Positions 59,735 through 64,000 of a DNA stretch of 64,000 nucleotides are shown in pieces; position 1 is the first letter of the stretch, and the number at the start of each line of letters is the position of its first letter. Source of the DNA: Nitrosopumilus sp. (lineage in GTDB: Archaea > Thermoproteota > Nitrososphaeria > Nitrososphaerales > Nitrosopumilaceae); contig OZ242220.1 in assembly GCA_965206745.1 (NCBI GenBank), forward strand, positions 480,001 to 544,000, read 5' to 3'. The notes below the pieces were generated by a model. The model was not told the DNA's origin. It searched no databases and saw nothing but the letters and a program-made list of their open reading frames with translations. The translations under genes were made by a program, and so were the position numbers.

Positions 59735-60018
59735 ATGTTCAACCCAAAGCTGTCTGCAAAGTTTGTAAACGTATAGTATGCCTGCAGGAACTCCCTGCCG
59801 TTCTCGCTGATCTTGTACTTGTTTGAGCCCTGGGTGTCATTTTTTTCCAAGAGTCCCTGCGACACCAGGGTCTTTAGTATGCTTGAGATTCTAGAATGCG
59901 GAATGTTGGCTTTTCGGATTAGATATGTAACTGATGCCCCGTTCTCGTCTTGAAGGTCATCCCTTGTTGTAGCTAGAATATCCCCAATTATCTTCATGTG
60001 TGTCCTGTATTCGGCCAT
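59731..60018 (-). CDS. winged helix-turn-helix transcriptional regulator
   Basis: YRTHMKIIGDIL..KANIPHSRI..QGLL..ISENGREFL. Paralogue of 26239..26526. Confidence 0.85.
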   Translation of the reverse strand: MAEYRTHMKIIGDILATTRDDLQDENGASVTYLIRKANIPHSRISSILKTLVSQGLLEKNDTQGSNKYKISENGREFLQAYYTFTNFADSFGLNI

Positions 60019-60138
60019 TTGTACTATTGGTAATTACTCTAATTTCTATGATAGCTCATTGATATTTTCCAATATACAAAAAAGATAAAAGAATTTGACT
60101 AGTTCGTGATTTCTTATGGTTTTGAGCCTGACAGGCAG

Positions 60139-60777
60139 TCATCTCATGTCATCATCGAACTTTATCCTCGTTAACGGCACCTTGCTTACGGGGATGAACA
60201 ATGCTACCAGTCCTGCGATCTTGATAATTATTGATGCCGAATACAGGATTGATCCCGGGAATACAAACGAGTACCATCCGACAAATTCACCCAATGCCAA
60301 CAGTCCCAGTCCCACTGCAACTGAGATTGCCCCCCTGTTCCTGTTTTCAAAGTATGAGAGCATCGTCTCAATTGCACCGTATGCCAGCAGGATAAATGAC
60401 ACGGACCGGAAGATGTGTTCGAGCTGGACAGAGGAGACTAAAAACAGTGGAACTATTCCTACTGATCTAAAGTAGCTGGATTTTGGAAAGAATGATTTAA
60501 TGCTGTGTGAAAATGCGATAAAGAAATATCCGACTGTCTGAATTGCGATTCCCAGTGTCTGAATCCCCCTTTGGGTGTTTCCTATCTTTGTAAAATCATC
60601 TATCATATAGCCGGACCATATGACAAAAAAGCCCAAGCTGATTGAAAAGAATGCGATCGTCAGTCTAAACAGTGTCGGACTTCCCGTGTTCCTAAACCCG
60701 ACATATGACATTATGCCTATTGCAAGTCCTACCAGGAACCCCACCATGTTTAGGATGTTCTCTAACCAAAAGTCCAA
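60139..60777 (-). CDS. polytopic membrane protein
   Basis: About 6-7 hydrophobic helices. Confidence 0.7.
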   Translation of the reverse strand: MDFWLENILNMVGFLVGLAIGIMSYVGFRNTGSPTLFRLTIAFFSISLGFFVIWSGYMIDDFTKIGNTQRGIQTLGIAIQTVGYFFIAFSHSIKSFFPKSSYFRSVGIVPLFLVSSVQLEHIFRSVSFILLAYGAIETMLSYFENRNRGAISVAVGLGLLALGEFVGWYSFVFPGSILYSASIIIKIAGLVALFIPVSKVPLTRIKFDDDMR

Positions 60778-60837
60778 TGATAACTAGAACTGCGTTTAAC
60801 TAATTATTTTAACCTGATGAATCATTACACTATCTTG

Positions 60838-61047
60838 TTAATCCCATTCATCCAGCGAACCTGCAGTTTGGCCTTCAGTACTACTTGCATAGTCCCCCAG
60901 GATATCAGAGTACTTTGCCTCATTGTGGGCAACAAATTTTACGTATTCCCCGTAACTCATGTCAAGGTCGCAAGAGCCGCATTTGACTTCTGAATAGTCC
61001 ATTGCCAGCTCTGCGTTCTCTTTGCATTTTGGGCATTTTATCTTCAT
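60838..61047 (-). CDS. small zinc-ribbon protein
   Basis: CPKC..CGSC. Confidence 0.7.
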   Translation of the reverse strand: MKIKCPKCKENAELAMDYSEVKCGSCDLDMSYGEYVKFVAHNEAKYSDILGDYASSTEGQTAGSLDEWD

Positions 61048-61149
61048 GTCTGTATGTCTCTATGATAATTATTATTGTTTTACATTCCAGCGTCGAATTT
61101 CCTGCCTTTTGAGGCCTATCTTGTTTTCCCTGCAAGTGAATCAGGTGGG

Positions 61150-61270
61150 GAATTCCATTTCAGGATATATCGCAAGTCTAAAAAAACATGATAAACCAAT
61201 TCCTCTCCCAATTGATGAGGAAACTGTGGAAATACATGTCTAAACTGTCCATTATTTCGACAAGATCCTT
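61150..61270 (+). pseudogene. hicB/hicA toxin-antitoxin remnant
   Basis: HicB-like C-terminus ISGYIASLKKHDKPIP..EETVEIHV* overlaps an ATG giving MSKLSIIS (HicA-like start) that does not continue. Confidence 0.45.
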
Positions 61271-61302
61271 TTTATTATATCTCAGGCCACTGGGATTAGC
61301 GT

Positions 61303-62787
61303 TTGACTAGCTTAACATTTCACGGAGGAGTAAATGACATTGGCGGGAACAAGTTTCTAGTCCAAGACAAGGACACAACCCTGTTTATGGACTTTGGAAT
61401 GTCTTTTACAGAGGAGGGAAGATTCTTTTCACAGTTCATGAGGGCCAGAGGCTCCAACGCCCTAGCTGACATGTTCGAACTTGGAATCCTGCCCAAAATC
61501 AAGGGCATGTATCGCCGAGACTATGCCAAGCACGTGGGATTCGGAGGCGATGAGGAGACGGCAATTGACGGGATTCTGCTTACACACGCGCATGTTGATC
61601 ACTGCGCATACATTCCGTATCTCCGCCCCGACATTCCGATTTACTGCTCTGAGGAGTCAAAACTGATCATGCAAAACTTTGATGATACGGGAATCAACCA
61701 GCAGTACCTTACCCTCAAGGAAAAGTTCAAAGTCTATCAGAACAACAAGGGTGACATCAGCCGAGCAACCGGTGAAAAGGTAATGATTCCTCGAACAATC
61801 AAAACGTTTCAATCTGGAAAAGAATTCTCCATAAATTCAGTCAGGGTGGAACCACTGCCAGTTGATCACTCGATAGCTGGAGTACATGCATTTATCCTGC
61901 ATACCTCTGAGGGCTCCATTGGGAACACTGCCGATCTGAGATTTCACGGCAGACGAAGCAAGGATACAGAAAGGTTTGTTGAGAGATGCGGCGAATCCTC
62001 ACTTGACCTCTTGTTGTGCGAGGGAACCCGGATTAACTTGTCAGATTCCAAGACCGAGTATGACGTGGAGACCATCGTTACTGATATTGTAAACAAGACG
62101 GCAGGACTTGCAATCTGTGGTTATCCAATCAGGGATTTGGACAGACTGTTGTCATTTTACGAGTCAGCAAAGCAGTCCAACCGTGATTTAGTGATAGACC
62201 TAAAGCAGGCGTATCTACTCAAACTGTTTTCTGAATCCGAGAATCTGAGAGGGCACTATCCTGCACCAACTGATGCAAACATCAAGGTGTACATTCCAAG
62301 GGGCTCATGGGGACTGATTGACAAGGACCTGGAAAGATTCTCAGAGAAGCAGTTACAGATAGATTATGCCAAATGGCAGAGAGAGTTTTTGGATTATCCA
62401 AACAGAGTGGATTACAGGGACATCAAGGCAAACCAGAAGAACTTTCTCTTCTTCTGCAGTGACTTTAAGTTGCAGGACCTCATAGACATCAAGCCTGATG
62501 AGGGGGCCACATACATCCGCTCGCTGACTGAGCCCTTTGATGCGGAGATGGAACTAAAAGAGGAGCAGGTAAGAAACTGGTTTGTCCACTTTGGCATCAT
62601 AAAAAGAGACCAGGACTGGCACCAGGTGCATGTTTCAGGTCACGGGGACGGCCCCCAGATCAAGAGGGTCATTGACGGGTCCAATGCCAAAAGACTGGTC
62701 CCAATCCATACCAAGCATGAAGGGTATCATAAAAGGCTGCATGGTAACGTGGTATCTGTGAATCAGCATGACTCCATAAACCTGTGA
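61303..62787 (+). CDS. MBL-fold metallo-hydrolase, beta-CASP/RNase J-like
   Basis: GGVNDIGGN, THAHVDH, VDHS, ADLRFHG, LCEGT, HVSGH, PIH. Confidence 0.88.
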   Translation: MTSLTFHGGVNDIGGNKFLVQDKDTTLFMDFGMSFTEEGRFFSQFMRARGSNALADMFELGILPKIKGMYRRDYAKHVGFGGDEETAIDGILLTHAHVDHCAYIPYLRPDIPIYCSEESKLIMQNFDDTGINQQYLTLKEKFKVYQNNKGDISRATGEKVMIPRTIKTFQSGKEFSINSVRVEPLPVDHSIAGVHAFILHTSEGSIGNTADLRFHGRRSKDTERFVERCGESSLDLLLCEGTRINLSDSKTEYDVETIVTDIVNKTAGLAICGYPIRDLDRLLSFYESAKQSNRDLVIDLKQAYLLKLFSESENLRGHYPAPTDANIKVYIPRGSWGLIDKDLERFSEKQLQIDYAKWQREFLDYPNRVDYRDIKANQKNFLFFCSDFKLQDLIDIKPDEGATYIRSLTEPFDAEMELKEEQVRNWFVHFGIIKRDQDWHQVHVSGHGDGPQIKRVIDGSNAKRLVPIHTKHEGYHKRLHGNVVSVNQHDSINL

Positions 62788-62839
62788 TTGGAGCAGGCAT
62801 TCAAGAAAAGATAAAAGGAGTTTGATATCTCCAGTTTTT

Positions 62840-63121
62840 ATGAGTCGTACCTGTACCAAATGTAAAGGTTCAATCCCTGATAATGAGGAACTGGGAATTG
62901 TTGCAGCAAAGTACCCCACATGCAACAAGTGCTGGGCAGAGTGGAAAGAGTACCAAATCATGGTGATGAATGAGATGAAGCTTGACATGTCCATGATGGA
63001 TCACAGAAAACTGCTAAAAAAGCATGAAAAGATCTTTGTCGGTGTGCTATCCCCGGAAGGCGAGGTTATTGATTATACCGATGAGGATAACAGAAAGCCT
63101 GACGAGCCTGCAGGCCTCTAA
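62840..63121 (+). CDS. YggX-like Fe(II) trafficking/oxidative damage protection protein
   Basis: CWAEWKEYQIMVMNEMKLDM..HRKLL resembles the YggX family. Start ATG at 62840. Confidence 0.75.
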   Translation: MSRTCTKCKGSIPDNEELGIVAAKYPTCNKCWAEWKEYQIMVMNEMKLDMSMMDHRKLLKKHEKIFVGVLSPEGEVIDYTDEDNRKPDEPAGL

Positions 63122-63582
63122 AAATTCAGGTGCGTTTTAGCATTCTCTGGTATAACCATCATCATTCGTCTCTTCAAGTTCTCATCCAGATTGTTTACTA
63201 TCTTTTTAATGGTGCTGGCAAGAATCTCCCGCTCGTCCTTCTCCAACGTGAGAAATATCTCCAAAATGCCATCCACGTGAAAGGTGATCAACTTTTGCGG
63301 GGACTGTGCAACCTGTATGATATATGCCGAGAACAGTCCCTCCCTCTGCTCCTCAGGCAATGTCGTCAGAATTTTCAGCCACGTCTTGAATAGCTTGGCA
63401 AAGTTTGGAAATGGAATTGTCGGACCAGCCTCCAGTGCATTGTTAATCACCTCGGTCTTTTCTGATTCTGATAGCGAAAAGAACTCTATCATTCTTTTTT
63501 TAAGAATCGGGTTTCTCAAAAAGTCCGGCAGATTTGCCAGATTGATAATTATGTTTCCTGCAAAGTTCTTGCTAGCCATCAT
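63118..63582 (-). CDS. conserved hypothetical protein
   Basis: 154-aa ORF with backbone-like composition, convergent with the yggX-like gene. Confidence 0.7.
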   Translation of the reverse strand: MMASKNFAGNIIINLANLPDFLRNPILKKRMIEFFSLSESEKTEVINNALEAGPTIPFPNFAKLFKTWLKILTTLPEEQREGLFSAYIIQVAQSPQKLITFHVDGILEIFLTLEKDEREILASTIKKIVNNLDENLKRRMMMVIPENAKTHLNF

Positions 63583-63621
63583 ATTGGACCTGTCGTCGCT
63601 AAATATAAAATCATAGATAAA

Positions 63622-64000
63622 TTGCTCTTTGATGAATGTAGGATAAATTTATCATTTATTTTAAAAGAATCTTATCTTCATAATGATTCGACACAAGATG
63701 ATGCATTGGAAATTTTTTCTATACTTCTGGATAGTGAAAATCATATTATTCGAGAAAAAATTATCTTTTTCTTACTTGCAACATTAGAAGATGAAACAAG
63801 TTAGATGTAAAGAAATTTACTGATAAGATTAAACTCATTTGGATAAAATATCTAAAGAAATCGATAGAGATGAATGGAATCTTCAAATTATAGCAGAATT
63901 GGTAAAATTTTTAGAAAAAAACTGGATACATATTCTACAAAAATCTGTTGAATATTTAGAAAAAATAGTTAAATCCAATGAAAAATATTTAGAATTTAAT
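63622..64000 (+). pseudogene. AT-rich frameshifted ORF at the start of another accessory region
   Basis: A 60-aa ORF is followed by plausible coding fragments in other frames (HLDKISKEIDRDEWNLQIIAELVKFLEK). Truncated by the window end. Confidence 0.35.

Noticed and set aside
1071-63616. Numerous short antisense or overlapping ORFs in the track (e.g. 6789..7382, 9746..10459, 13917..14432, 21671..22261).
   Set aside because: They are shadow ORFs opposite well-supported genes and have no motifs of their own.
1-64000. CRISPR array, rRNA, diversity-generating retroelement or provirus.
   Set aside because: No regularly spaced repeats, rRNA-like sequence, reverse transcriptase, TR/VR pair or virion genes were seen.

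Overview
This is archaeal chromosomal DNA, most likely from a Nitrososphaerota (Thaumarchaeota, Nitrosopumilaceae-like) organism. The taxonomic call rests on an archaeal histone, S17e, TBP homologues, a CFI-box-CTERM PstS, a Ubl-Cgi121 fusion and cupredoxin content. A moderately GC-rich housekeeping backbone (valS, pst/phoU cluster, purB, rtcB, rps11, thiL, phosphohexomutase, tRNA-Thr, tRNA-Cys, tatD, rps17e, THUMP, sua5) is interrupted by visibly AT-rich accessory inserts. These include a TPR gene, a frameshifted surface protein, a small island after tRNA-Thr and two type I restriction-modification (R-M) loci. The first R-M locus (30.1-38.4 kb, next to tRNA-Cys) is conventional. The second (about 40.3-57.1 kb) is the highlight. 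Two outward-facing hsdS genes bracket hsdR and hsdM, and only the right-hand one has a proper C-terminal tail. They share two nested pairs of inverted repeats (114 bp at 100% identity; 33 bp at 32/33). Each repeat contains a dyad site with the same arms (TGC[A/G]TCAA...TTGACGCA) but a pair-specific 12-bp spacer, and an intact tyrosine recombinase lies about 1.2 kb away. This looks like an archaeal phase-variable hsdS shufflon able to produce four specificities. It also carries two divergent TATA-binding-protein paralogues and a TIR-domain gene coupled to the full-length hsdS. All calls come from reading the sequence by eye; no searches were run.
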